A stretch of DNA of 64,000 bases, from contig CM022673.1 in the NCBI GenBank assembly GCA_012295275.1, positions 6,262,001-6,326,000 of the forward strand, written 5' to 3'. Both the position numbers and the translations under genes were made by a program. This DNA is from Chrysomallon squamiferum. Lineage: Eukaryota > Animalia > Mollusca. The notes under the pieces were generated by a model. It had not been told where the DNA came from. It did not search any database and was given only the letters and a program-made list of their open reading frames with translations. Shown here piece by piece: positions 48,812 through 64,000 of this stretch. Position 1 is the first letter of the stretch, and each line of letters starts with the position of its first letter.

Positions 48812-49695
48812 TTTAAATGTAAAATACAGTATTGGTATTGTTTGTTGCTAATTTTGTTTGTTTATTTATTTGTTTATTTATTTATTTATTTACTTTATTT
48901 ATTTTATTTATTTTAATATATCGTATTGTTGTTCTTGTCCTTAGTCTTCTTCTTCTTATCATTGTTATCATTATCTTCCTCATCATTATTTTATTATTTA
49001 TTTTATTTTATTATTACTACTTTACTACTGTTGTTTTATTATTAGGTCAAATTTTATTTTGCTAAAAAAAATAAATGATAATTTATTCATAACTGCATAT
49101 TTGTGTGGATGTGTGTGTGTGTGTGTGTGGGTGGGTGGGTGGGTGGGTGTGGGTGCGTTTATATGTATATATATTTTTTTGCGCTAGAGGACATTAACAT
49201 CTATATAGATTGTCATACAGTCGGACGTTTTCCCATGCTCTTTCAGTGTAAAAATTTCTGAAATGTCCTTGCCCGAATATTACAGTTGTCATGTATTTCA
49301 ATGATATTTTCTATTATGGTTAATTGAATCAGTGGCCGATCGATCATAATTGATAACAGCAATTCACAACCCGTCATCATTTTGCAAGTATCCTCAAGCA
49401 ATTAACCCTTTTCCAGCCATGAACTTTGGGAACCGTCGCTTAATGGAAAAAAACAACTTCTCTTAAAGGCACTAGTTTCAATTTTAGCGATCAGTGATGT
49501 TGACATTATAAAAACACAAATACTGAAAGTGACCTTCCAGGCTTCTTTCGGTATGAAAGGCAATGACATGAATTTATGTGCCTGCGAAAAGGTTTGTATT
49601 AAAAATCCTGTTAGCTTATCGAAAACATTAATCATCCATGGTAAGGCGTATCTCTCTGTGTCTTTCTGTCATATGTGACTATCTTTGTATATATG

Positions 49696-49771
<76 letters not shown>

Positions 49772-50569
49772 ATTATCCTTTATTTGTTCATGTATATCAA
49801 TCTTTGAAAAATGTTTTGTTTGCCTTCATAAAGATATTTTTTGTTTACTCTATCAAGGAAAATACTCTCTAAATAAATAAATAAACTCGGATAACTAATA
49901 TTTAATGATCACATCAATTTACTGTGTCCTATTCTCTCTTTCGAAATCATATAACCATTAATAAAACATTACACCGAACTAGCGTTAAACATAAGTTTAA
50001 TAATTCGACCGTTATGGTACCTTGAAGCGATCTCCGTCAAGACATCATCTGTTTAAACAAAACAATTTTTTGGGCAGTCAGTTTAAAGCAAAACGTTTAG
50101 ACATGTCAGTTCGGTAAATGAAAGTCCAGTAATGGTACAGTATTGGTTTTGACATTTTGATTACAAGAGGTAAAAGTTTAAGTGTCCAGTGTGGATGGAA
50201 ATAGTAATAATTTGTGGTATATATCTGTGAAATCATTTCGATGAGAATAATTTATACGGGGGTTCGTGACTTGTGTGTAAGCAATGGGGGTGGAAAATAT
50301 CTGTAATTTGTGGATTAAATTAAATACTATATATATTTGCGTGTGCGTCAGTGTGTGTATATTTGTGTGTGATAATTTTATATTTATTCAGATAAAAATA
50401 GAAAGACATTAGAGAAAATTAAATAATAATAATTAAGGGAAAATTCTACATTCAAAAGGAAAAACTATAAATTTAACATAATACATTAATTTTATGTCCA
50501 ATTTTTCTATTATATAAATAAATAAATAAAATTGTGCAGCTACTGCTTCTGTTATGACTGCTGCTGTCT

Positions 50570-50611
<42 letters not shown>

Positions 50612-51201
50612 TTACTACTACTACTACTATAATAACTTTCATTCTCAATATTAGTGATAGTAACGATCGCACAAGAAGTAGTTAGTAGCAGTAGTAGTAA
50701 CAGAGACGCGATAGGCCTACCTTTTTATAACATAAATCATTATCAGTCACATGCATGTATGAAATATTACTGTAACAAGGGGAATAATTCGTGTCAATAC
50801 ACTGCAAGAATAATTCAGAGTAGCGCTCCGTTAAACAAAAGGCGGAATTTAACATGCTACAAAAAGAAAAGAAATACGGCTAAATATATATTAAAATATA
50901 AAAAAAAATATATACATAAAAATAAAATAAATGAATATCTAAATAAATAAATAAATAAAAATTATTCAGTACTTTTTTTACCTTTTCATGTCATATATTG
51001 GATGTATTCGTTTCTAGTTACGTTATCAGGAATTATATTTCCTCGTTCTTTCATTAGTTTAAAATTGTACGTATATAAGTACCAGAAGTAAAAATTTAAT
51101 ACAAATGTACCATTTACGATACATACATACCATTTACATATAGACAACATACACACATATTTATACATAAACACAAATATTGTGGCATAATCATCATCAT
51201 C

Positions 51202-51207
51202 TTTATT
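51202..51207 (-). terminator. Likely polyadenylation signal (AATAAA) of the lectin gene
   Basis: First AATAAA downstream of the stop codon on the minus strand. Confidence 0.5.
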
Positions 51208-51285
51208 ATTTTTAAAGAAACTTCTGCTTGCATTTAATTTTTATCACACAGAATTATCTTTGTTTCTTTTTGTCCAGCGACCTTC

Positions 51286-53764
<2,479 letters not shown>

Positions 53765-55338
53765 TATCGTTTGTTTTTTGTTTTTTTTTGTTGTTGTTTT
53801 TTGAAATCTGAATTAAAGACCCTTCAGATCCAGGTGTCTTTTTTCTCACAAATTGATATCTATTTTTTTTATTTTCTCTTGATAAATGAAGATATATAAG
53901 TATAAAGATAGATATAAAAAGATATAAAGATACAGATATATAAATATATATAGATACAATAATGGGCATGCATGCACGCATTAACACAAACATTTACACA
54001 TGCATCAAACACACATACACACATATATACATATACATGCAAATATACATACATACAGACAGACACACAAAGAGGTAAAGTTGTAAATTCCATCTGGACT
54101 AATTTAGTCCCGTCAGTTTACATATCCTGAGATCTTTTAAATATTTACTTAATTTGCTGTTGGAGAAATTTACCAAGGATCCCGTGAGATGTCTGAAGTC
54201 AGTTAAAAGACCGTTGAAGGTGTTGGGGGTCTCCAGACAACATTAAAAGCCACCTCGTACTCTGTCTTCTTTGGGAATTTTCATTGGAATCTTGGCCATT
54301 TTGTGGAACTGGCGTAACTCTTTGTCTTCTAACATTAGGGCTCGTTTGGGTAATACTGAAGTAATTCATCATTTTCTGACTTTTCTGGAGACATTTGAGT
54401 AATGCAGAATTAATGTTATTCATTTTCTTGGCATAATTTTAAGGCAGAGTATCCCAGCAGTTTTGTTGTGATACTGCAGGTATTCTATGGGTACCAGCCC
54501 TAGACCATTTTGTCTTCATCACCAATTACGTACATGTAAATTGTGAGGAAACAGTCAATGATATGACAAGATGTATTTTGTATAGAATAGCATAACGTTC
54601 GTCGTTTGCGCTAACTCGTCAGTGTTTGGCGGTATACTCTGCGTGTATTTATCACTGTTATTTTATGTGTTAAAATAATTAAAATACTGCCTGAGTTTGT
54701 AAGAACTGGAAGTTGTTTGGTATTCAGTCTGTCTTATAAAATAATAATAATAATAATAACAATAACAATGAATGATAATGATAATGATGATAATGAGAAT
54801 AATAATAATAATAAACAATAATCACAACAATAGCTGGCTTTATAGTAATTACTTTTATACGACACCTAACAACAGTATAATTCTTTTGTTCAGTCGTTCA
54901 GTTTCTTCATTTGAAAACTTTTTAAAACTGAAAGTATAATAGCAATAATAAACGCGAGTAAAGGCATCAAAGGCTCCATTTCTGATTCTAATTTCCTTTA
55001 TAAAATCTAATTTAAGATTCATAGCCTCTTAATTTTTAGAGTAGCAGTGTTCCAACAACACACGAACCTAATGTCAGCTGTAGTCGTCTTCCTACCTTTG
55101 TAACAAAAACATCGTAATATCAGCCTACCACCTACAATATGTTCCCCTCTGTTCCTTCCTGCCTCTCCTGTGTCAATCATGTTTAGTAATTTATCTCAAC
55201 TTTATTTTGTAAGAAAAGTAAGAATTTTGTTTTTTTTATACTTCGAAAAAGAATCTTTAAAAAATTCGTGTGACTCTCAGTATGTCACCGCTCCCTGTCC
55301 AAACTTTCTGTTTGAAGAAATAGAAGTCTTTAGCTGGG

Positions 55339-55611
55339 CTGTGTGATTAAAATACCTCAGACGTTTTATACGTCATTCAAAAACGATGTGCCCTCCCGTG
55401 CTATAACTGTGTGAAAAATACCTCAGACGTTTTTACGTCATTCCAAAAACGAAGTGCCCTCCCGTACTATAACTTTGTTAAAAATACCTCAGACGTTTTT
55501 ACGTCATTCCAAAAACGAAGTGCCCTCCCGTACTATATAACTGTGTGAAAAATACCTCAGACGTTTATACGTCATTCCAAAAACGATGTGCCCTCCCGTG
55601 CTATATAACTG
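55339..55611. repeat. 66-68-bp tandem repeat, 4 copies
   Basis: AATACCTCAGACG recurs at 55351, 55417, 55483 and 55551. Confidence 0.95.
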
Positions 55612-57138
55612 AGGCCCTCAAAACCGACAGTGACTGAGCCCTCAACAACGAATTTGAAGTGCGCGAGTGATAACCCTAGCTTTTCTCCCCACGGCGTTGT
55701 CAGGCTGCCGCTAAATTGAACAATTGTTTAGGCAGGTCGGGATCAAAGGCAGGTTCATTATCATCAAAACATCGTCCGCCTTGTTCGGTGAAATAATTGT
55801 GCCTCAGAAGAAGAGCGCTGTTTTGATGATTGCGCGTATTTACTGCGGCCGTTTCCTATTCGGTGCGGAGCGACTTCCGGTTCGTGACGGCTCGGATTAA
55901 AAGGTACGAAACCGCCAGTGATAAATGGCGAAGTGTGGCTTTGAAGTCGCTGGTCGGATATTGTGCGTGCTGTAACATTACTGGTCAAATATAATGATAT
56001 ATATTTTAATATCTCATAAAAATAAAATAAAGAAAGAAGAAATAAGGAAAATGAATAGGAAATTGCTATAAATGGATAACCTTGGCCTTTCCGCAGAAAT
56101 GATGGTTACTATTTACGACATGTTTCTTGATAAACTGTTTGTATTTTTATATATCGTGTTATTATTATTCGTAGATATACATGTAACAATGTTATTTTCA
56201 TCTTCATTTCTCGTCATTTCTTTTTTCTTTTTAATATCTTCACACATTTTTCCTAGTACTGTAGTAGGATTAGTATTCAAACAGTAGTAACAGTAAATAG
56301 TAGCTATAGTAATAGTAGCAGTTGTAATACCGGTAGTTATTGTAATGGTAATAACAACAGTTGCAGCAGTAGTTGTAATGGTAGCAGTAGCAACAGCAGC
56401 AGCAGAAGAAGTAGTAGCAGTAGCAGCAGCAACAGTAGTAGTAGTAGAAGACGTAGTGGCATCATCATCAGCAGCAGCAGCAACATTACTAGTAGTAGCA
56501 TCACATATGCCTAGCTTTTATTCTGTTTATTTTATTTGTTATTATTACTGTTGTTATTGTTGTTGTTGTTTTAAGTATTCAATCGTAATAACTTTGAAAA
56601 TTTGAGTAAAACAAAATCAGACTATTCGGACACAGTTATTTTCCTAATATATCATTACTGATACTTATTTCCACGCTCAGACTAAAACACATAAACCAAG
56701 GACAACACAATAAACTGGTAAAATAATAAATAATTGACAATGACTCGGGTTATCAAAAAGATAACAGTTTTATTTCGTTTCTTTGTGGGTTTTTTAACTC
56801 GATAATTTACTACATTTTATATCTTCGTCCCTAATGGGATTTTTTTTTTTTTTTTTTTTTTCATTACATATAATTTACATGATGACATTTTACCATGTTT
56901 AGGTCGTCGAATATACAATCCAACATTTTTGGAACCTTAGATACGACCTACGGAAAAGAAGAAGTTAAGAAGAAGAAAAAATAAATAAATAAATAAACAA
57001 AAAGACGTAGGAATGGTTTTGGTAAATAAAAACACTGATGTTTAATGATAATATGACATGGTTATCAGGAACGTTTATTTTACATTCTCTAAATCGCTAT
57101 GCCAGACTGTCAAATGGAACTTAGCTGATTACACTGAC

Positions 57139-57590
57139 TCACTGAAGATTCTCTCTACCGATCCTGGGAGCTGGGACAGCTCTTTCTTTCGTCAAGCGTC
57201 CAATTCTCGGCAGCGCTACGGCCCGTTCTTTCTGTTCGTTTGATAAACCGTACTTTTCGGCGAGTTTCGCCAGCCTGGCCACGTCCAGTGATCGTCGGAA
57301 TCGGTACTTTCCGCCGCGCGGAGCAGGCCGAACGTGAGGGAAAGCTACTTCGGAGTACAGCGCGTCGGATCGTCTCTCCGGCTGCCCGGCGTCTTCGTTA
57401 TCTTCCGTGAGAGAATTTTCCAGTGCGGTTTGCCAGTCGAGATCCTTTCCGTAGCGAGGCAGAGGAGGCTGTCTTTTCCCCAGTCGCAGCATCTGTAATC
57501 CCCTGCCCAGGCGGAGCATGCTCCACCCTCCTCGTTTGACACGTGACAGCTCCCCTTCATCAATTTCTGCGTCTTCATTGGTTGCAAAAC
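57139..57590 (-). CDS. MMG2: Myomodulin-gene-2-type neuropeptide precursor, terminal coding exon (myomodulins plus PRXamides)
   Basis: Acceptor TTTTTCTACAACAG|, phase 1, 452 nt to TGA. Encodes KR-GGWSMLRLG-R-GLQMLRLG-KR-QPPLPRYG-K ... RPAPRGG-K ... R-AVALPRIG-R ... R-AVPAPRIG-R. This peptide order matches my recollection of the Aplysia myomodulin gene 2 precursor. Confidence 0.92.
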
Positions 57591-58745
57591 CTGTTGTAGA
57601 AAAATGGGGAAAAAAAGTTTAATTATGTATATAACATATTGGTAGCCTTTTTTTTTTTTTTAATAGAATATAATATTAACTAGAGAAAATAGTATATATA
57701 TTTATATTTACATACATATACATATAACATTTTAAAATTGATAATAATAATAATAATCAAAAAAATAAATCAAATATGCCCTCCAAAAAAATAAACTGTT
57801 TTCGAAAAAAAAAAATGAATTAAAAAAAAAATGAATTAAAAAAAAATTCGAATAATAATAATAATAATAATAAACGACAAAGGAATTTTACAAAAACCAG
57901 AAAACAAGACAGAAATTCTTATCATGCAAATGTCGGTCAAACACATAAACAAAACTCATAAAGCCTTTCCTGACTTCAGAGTGCACGTTTATTTGTTTAA
58001 AAATTAGATCAGTTAAAACATGAACGGCTGATTAAATACTTCCACGCTTCAGTTTCGACCTACAACGACCGTGTCGAAGAATAAACGAGATAAAACAAAC
58101 CGTAGTTCGAAACGCATTTATTATAAGACGCTGTATTTACTTAGACTCATGACGTTTTCCGCGTTTAAAGAAATGGACGCCAAAAAAAAAAAAAAAACGG
58201 CAAGCCAATAAAATTGTAATTAATAAATTATGGCGCTTTATTGCACGAGAGCAAATATTGGCGCGTGATACTTGGCGTAGAAATATGGCACGGCTCAAGT
58301 TGATATTAGATTAAAAAGAATATTGCCATCCGTTTGTTTTGTGATGATTGTAAATATGGGCAAGGAAATAATTTTCGTTCATGGGATGGTCAGTGCTTGG
58401 ACGGAAATAGTTTTCTTAATATGATGACCATCTAGAGAGATACCTTTATACTTGCACGTACACAAATATAACAGGAAAACGTAGCGTTTATGTGAACGCC
58501 CACTCACACGCACACAGGCTAACATATACACGGACATACACAAACTTACTGATGTAATTACATATATCCATATATACATCCATATATCCATATACAATTA
58601 GTTACATACAGACATACATACATGCACACACTCGCACATACATTCATATATACAGAAACACATAGGTATAATACATTCGTCCATACCTACATACATAACA
58701 TTTATTAACACACATAAACTTGGACACACTCATAATAAAACAGAC

Positions 58746-58794
58746 ACCGAGAACAAAGAAGAAGGTAAAGTGCAATCAGATTAAAATGAACCAT
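58746..58794 (-). CDS. Candidate signal-peptide exon of the myomodulin-2 precursor (MVHFNLIALYLLLCSR)
   Basis: Pyrimidine-rich acceptor ...TTTTCTAAAACAG| 3 nt before the ATG and a hydrophobic core. A phase-1 join gives ...LLLCSRCFA-TNED. The donor T|GTCTGT is weak. Confidence 0.3.
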
Positions 58795-59048
58795 TCGCTG
58801 TTTTAGAAAACAGAAACAACGGACGTGCTCCCCTCCAGAAATTTCTAATAATAATAATAACTGAAACAAAGAAAGAAAGCAAAAAAAAAAGAAGAAAAAA
58901 AGAAAAGAAAAAGAAATAGAAAACAAGAAAGGAAAGAAGGCTGTCAGTTATTGCTGACGTTAAGGTTGGACATAGATTTATGTTAATGTTCGTTTTAATT
59001 ATTAGGTGTGTGTATGTGTGTGTGTGTCCTTGTGTGTGTGTGTCTGTG

Positions 59049-59133
<85 letters not shown>

Positions 59134-59966
59134 TTAGATCTATTTGAGAAAGTTAAACCTTCGAGGTTAATCTTAGTTTTAGTTCAAATTATAATTGACA
59201 CACTGGTTGGAACGGGGAAAAGCTGAATGATAATGGACATCCTGGTTTCATTATTTCTGTTACAGAAAAAGAAATGGAGGTCATTTTCAGTGACTGGTAT
59301 TATCTCTTAAATTCCTTTTCATCAGTGCTCTTTTCAGACCTGAAATATTCAATGATCTGGACTTCGATTTACCGCAAATTGCACTTCATTAGAATCGAAA
59401 AGCGAAAGTGTAAACATCTGCAATTACAGAACAATCAAACCGCCGTATATTCTCTTCACACTGTCCTACAATGTTAGCGCGGCTGCGCAACCGGAAACGC
59501 GTGGCCTATTACAAGAGATAACATACGTCTGCGTACGAATAGGCGGCTCAATTACGAAATGGCGGCTCAATTTTAGATCGAATGGCAAAGAAATGAGGGA
59601 TTCAGTCGTAAATGCTCTTTTATAATTGTGGAAAATAACGCCCGCTCCAACAGTTATTAATTTAACTGAATGCTGCTAACATTGAGACACAGAACTACAA
59701 TTGTCATACGAAACAAGACTGTTTAGTAAATTGTTTCTTCTTTTTTCCTTTTTCCTTTGACCTTCAAATTATTGTTGAAAGAAAATTGTAGTAAGTTCTG
59801 AATATAACTGTCTCTTTTTTTTTTTTAATCGATTTTAATTTTCATCATATACGAATGTTATTTATTAATATGTTGTCATTTTGTTTTTCTCTATAATCTC
59901 AGAGAAATGTATTATAAATGACTGTTTCTGTATTAAGAAAGTATTCTGCAAGATGACAGAATATAA

Positions 59967-60062
<96 letters not shown>

Positions 60063-61666
60063 TCGACCGATGATTTTTGGGAAAAAAAATAAGGCACGTG
60101 TGAACTAGAAAATGAAAGGCTACGTTGGTCTTTGTGTCGAAGATACGAATGTTTAATTATTATCAAACTAATGAATAAAAATATCATTTTGTCAAGACAG
60201 TTCTTTTTCCGTGCATTGTGACGTCATAAGACATCACCAGTAACCGAGTTCTGTGATAAATTACCTCAGACTGAACTACGGCCACCCCGTTCTAACTGCC
60301 ATCTGCTGACACTTAAACGAAGTACAGTAATAACTTGATGAAGGGAAAACTTGAAGCGTAGTGTACGTCATTATAAAAAGGAAAGTTAAGAAACAAAAAC
60401 AAAACAAACAAAACATTTGTTTTTAACAATAAAAATCAGTGGAAAGAAAGAAAAAAAGTGGATCTAATTAGAATATTGTTCTGAAAGGTAATTTATGCAA
60501 ATCTGCGAAGGATAAGCGGAATTCTAAAATTTAATGTAGACTTTTAAAAAAAATATTTCTTTAATTTGAAGACAGCTTTTTAAACTTCAGCAATGTCAAT
60601 CTATTACTGAATTTTAAATAACATAAAACACTAAATTATTAAATTTCAAATAGTTTCCCTGTAAATACACTTTTAAAAATCAGAACAGCAATACATACAA
60701 TAAAAAGACATTTAATGCTATTTGTATTCTTTCTTTTTTCTTTCTTTTTTTCTTTTTAATGGTTATGATTCAGCATGATATTAACATTGAATCAAAAACA
60801 TAATAATAGTATTCTCTGAAAGTTTTATTTATTCAACGATATATCTTTCAGATCTATGTCTATGTACGTATGCGTGTAAGTATGTACGTATGTATCTCTG
60901 TATGTATGTATTATATATGTGTGTGTATGCATGTACGTATATAATGTAAGTATGCTTCTGTATATGTATATATGTGTTTATATGTATACTTATACAAATC
61001 CATCTTAGACATAATAATATAAACTAAAAAAAAACATACATGCATATATACACCCATACATTCGTAAATTTATACATACATACATCTTACTTTGTTACAT
61101 CATAAATAAAGGAACTTGTCCGCATAGTCAGGTGTTTTTTTAAATATTACCAACGACATCAAAATATTTATTCGTAAATACAAACATACAGAGTACAGCA
61201 TATACCACAGCCTTTAACAAAGCAGACAATGACGGACTTTGCCCCTCATATCAGAAACAAGAATCGATAAAATCGATAACTTCTCCCGTAGTTAGTAACA
61301 CTGTTGTCTTTTCTTTAACTGAGCAAAACATTGCGAAAAACAAAAATGTTCTTAAATTTTATTGATTCAAAACCTGCCCAAGCCATTTTTTTTTTGTTGC
61401 GTCCTATTTACTAAAGCTGCGTTCACACTGTACGACTCACTCGTGCTAAGCGAATGTGAGGTTGTAAAGCGTTCTCATAACGGCGCCAGTTTTAAGTGGA
61501 GTGTCCATCTAGTAATACGTTTTAGAGTAACAGTTTTATTATTAATTAAACGGAATTATAGTCTTTTGTTGTTGTTATAATCATCGTCATCGTCGTTACT
61601 GTCATCATCATCATCATCGTTATCATTATTATTATCATCATCATCATTTTTATCATCATCATCATC

Positions 61667-61710
<44 letters not shown>

Positions 61711-63382
61711 GAAATTATATTATTTCATCGACTGGCAGCAAAATATATTTTATTTATTTACACCTTCATAGATCGGAAAACACGTCACAGTATTTCACAA
61801 ATACGTCTCGGACACTGACTGGAAGAACGACTACCATTTTCTAACACGCTGTCGAATTATGATCTGTGAGATCGTTAATACTGAATATGAAATCTCACAT
61901 CTTTCTAACACCCGATTTCAAAGTCCAGGTTTGTCATCATTCATTAACCCGGCAGTCATTTTCAGTCCCTCGGCTTCGATAGTTCGGGATGGTGATTTGA
62001 ATCGGGCGGTCATAAATTTGTATGGTCGGAGTTTCGCCAGCCGTAGCACCATATTGTTTACGTCCGCACAACTTATTTACGGTGGTTGATGCGACTATAG
62101 GTCTATAGATATTACCCTTTTCAATGGTAGTTTATCCTTCAATATACCTCCTAAGCGACCAGCAAGTATTCATATGGTGATAACGCAACAAAACGTAAAT
62201 GTTACTATTGTTACAAAATTGTTAATAGAGGAAAAACTCTAAGACTAGCATTGTGTCATAACGAAGATCAAGTAACCTGAACTAGATTTACGTCTGTGTA
62301 CGTTGTATTGGTATCAGTAATGTAGTGTATAACATGCATTATTTTGTTTTGTTTTTTTCTTTAATCTAAGTTGTTCCGACTCGTTTCTGATCGCATTATT
62401 TGCCGCATTATTGAGTCCAGCCTTTACAGAAATTTCTGAAACGTCAAGTTCATGTTTAAAATTGTTGAAAAAATAAAAAGTATAGTGAGATCCCCGCTTA
62501 AAATGAATTCAATAGGACAGTTATTTATTTTTGACATCCGTGATAAGGACATAATTACGTTTTATCGCTTACTGTACAGTAATAGAAAAAAATATTGCAT
62601 TAAACGAACTGTTAGCGTAATTTGTATGCTGGCTGTTTTAAATTTTAGATTTGTTTCTTTTCACGAAGTATGCAAGCTTTATAAACCGTATTTCTACTAA
62701 ATACACAATTTCACCGAAAATATATATTTTTATATACACAAACAACTGCACATTGTCTGATCGGATAGTAAATTATAATTCGGCTGGATCCGTTTCTGAA
62801 CTGAGCTGGTTGCTGATGTTGAACGGTTCGTTCGCTACCCAAGTGCGATCAGTAGATCATTTACGTTCCTTATTTAATTTTTTTTTTTTTTGACATTTAT
62901 TTCTTTTATTTATTCCTAAATATGTTTCAGTAAATTAAATAAAAATGAAAAAGAAAAAATTAATATTAATTAGTTAATTAATTAATGAGAAAACACCAGT
63001 TATAGCAACAACAACAAAATTTGAAATAATAACGAAAAAAAAAAAAAAAAAAAGAAGAAAAAAAGGATGAAGAAGAAGAACATCATCAACAGCAGCAACT
63101 AGATGATGATGATGATGATGATGATGAAAATAACAAATGATCATTGAAAGTCCGGTTATGTGCTTTCCTGTGTATGAAAATATGCATATAAAAGATTTCT
63201 TTCTGCTTACAGAAAAATGTCTCGGATTTCATTAATCAACACCTAATTATAGAAATAAGGAAAAACATTTTTACGGAGGCGTTATTGAACAAAACTAAAT
63301 TTTTCATCTCGAAATACTGAAACATGTTGTAAAGGCCACTAATATTCAACACTTTATTTAGCTCTGAACAAAAATATTTTAA

Positions 63383-63413
<31 letters not shown>

Positions 63414-63944
63414 TAAATGCTAGTTGTCCAGATTTGGATTTCTAATGTTAAAGATGTTTTAATAATTTCTTAAAATCCATTATGTGTTTATTCAAAGTGG
63501 TAGCTTTGTTATAAAATAATTTAACGAAATAATTTTGTCGTAAATGTCTACCACTGAATCTGTTAACACTTTAGTACGCGTGGCTGTTTAATTATTATTA
63601 GTATATCATCATCACTAGTAGTAGTAATAGTAGCAGTAGTAGCAGTAGCAATAGTAGTAGTGGAGGTAGTAATAAAATAATTAAACGAGGCAGCGATTTA
63701 GCTATTTATTTATCTCATTATTTAAAAAATAGACTTCATACGATATTTATGATTCGTAAAAACTCGTTTTAATGTAAGGATAAAATAGAGTTATATATGA
63801 TGAGACTTTTTTCCTGCATGATGTTCCTTCAGAATGCTTCGTTTGTTTTGGAAATTTAACATCTCTCTGGAAGTGTGTTCCATACCTACACAGATTCAAT
63901 TCACCATATATATCTTACACTTTTGGCATTCCTAATTCAAACAC

Positions 63945-63999
<55 letters not shown>

Positions 64000-64000
64000 T

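Noticed and set aside
54190-54520. CpG-poor segment with faint resemblance to retrotransposon reverse transcriptase
   Set aside because: It needs multiple frameshifts and lacks the YxDD or other diagnostic motif.

Overview
This is AT-rich, microsatellite-dense eukaryotic DNA. It is almost certainly molluscan, because it encodes a myomodulin-gene-2-type neuropeptide precursor and a perlucin-like lectin. A cephalopod origin is plausible but unproven. Most ORFs in the supplied track are simple-repeat artefacts. Manual splicing gives three minus-strand genes. (1) A complete 7-exon, 326-aa Cdc25-family gene (24171..20932), in which the HCEFSSER catalytic loop reads YSETCVR, so there is no CX5R. 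The CDK-docking Arg/Arg/Tyr triad, a cyclin-binding RRRLF motif, a DSGLGS degron, an N-terminal ABBA-like motif and an NLS are all present. It looks like a Cdc25 pseudophosphatase or natural CDK trap and is the most interesting element in the window. (2) A complete 5-coding-exon, 159-aa secreted C-type lectin (53764..51286) with EPD/WDD motifs. (3) The large terminal exon of a myomodulin-2/PRXamide precursor (57590..57139); its signal-peptide exon is only tentatively located. The rest is microsatellites, minisatellites, a probable old TA-flanked MITE and CpG-rich promoter/enhancer-like islands. All family assignments come from motif recognition, with no database searches.
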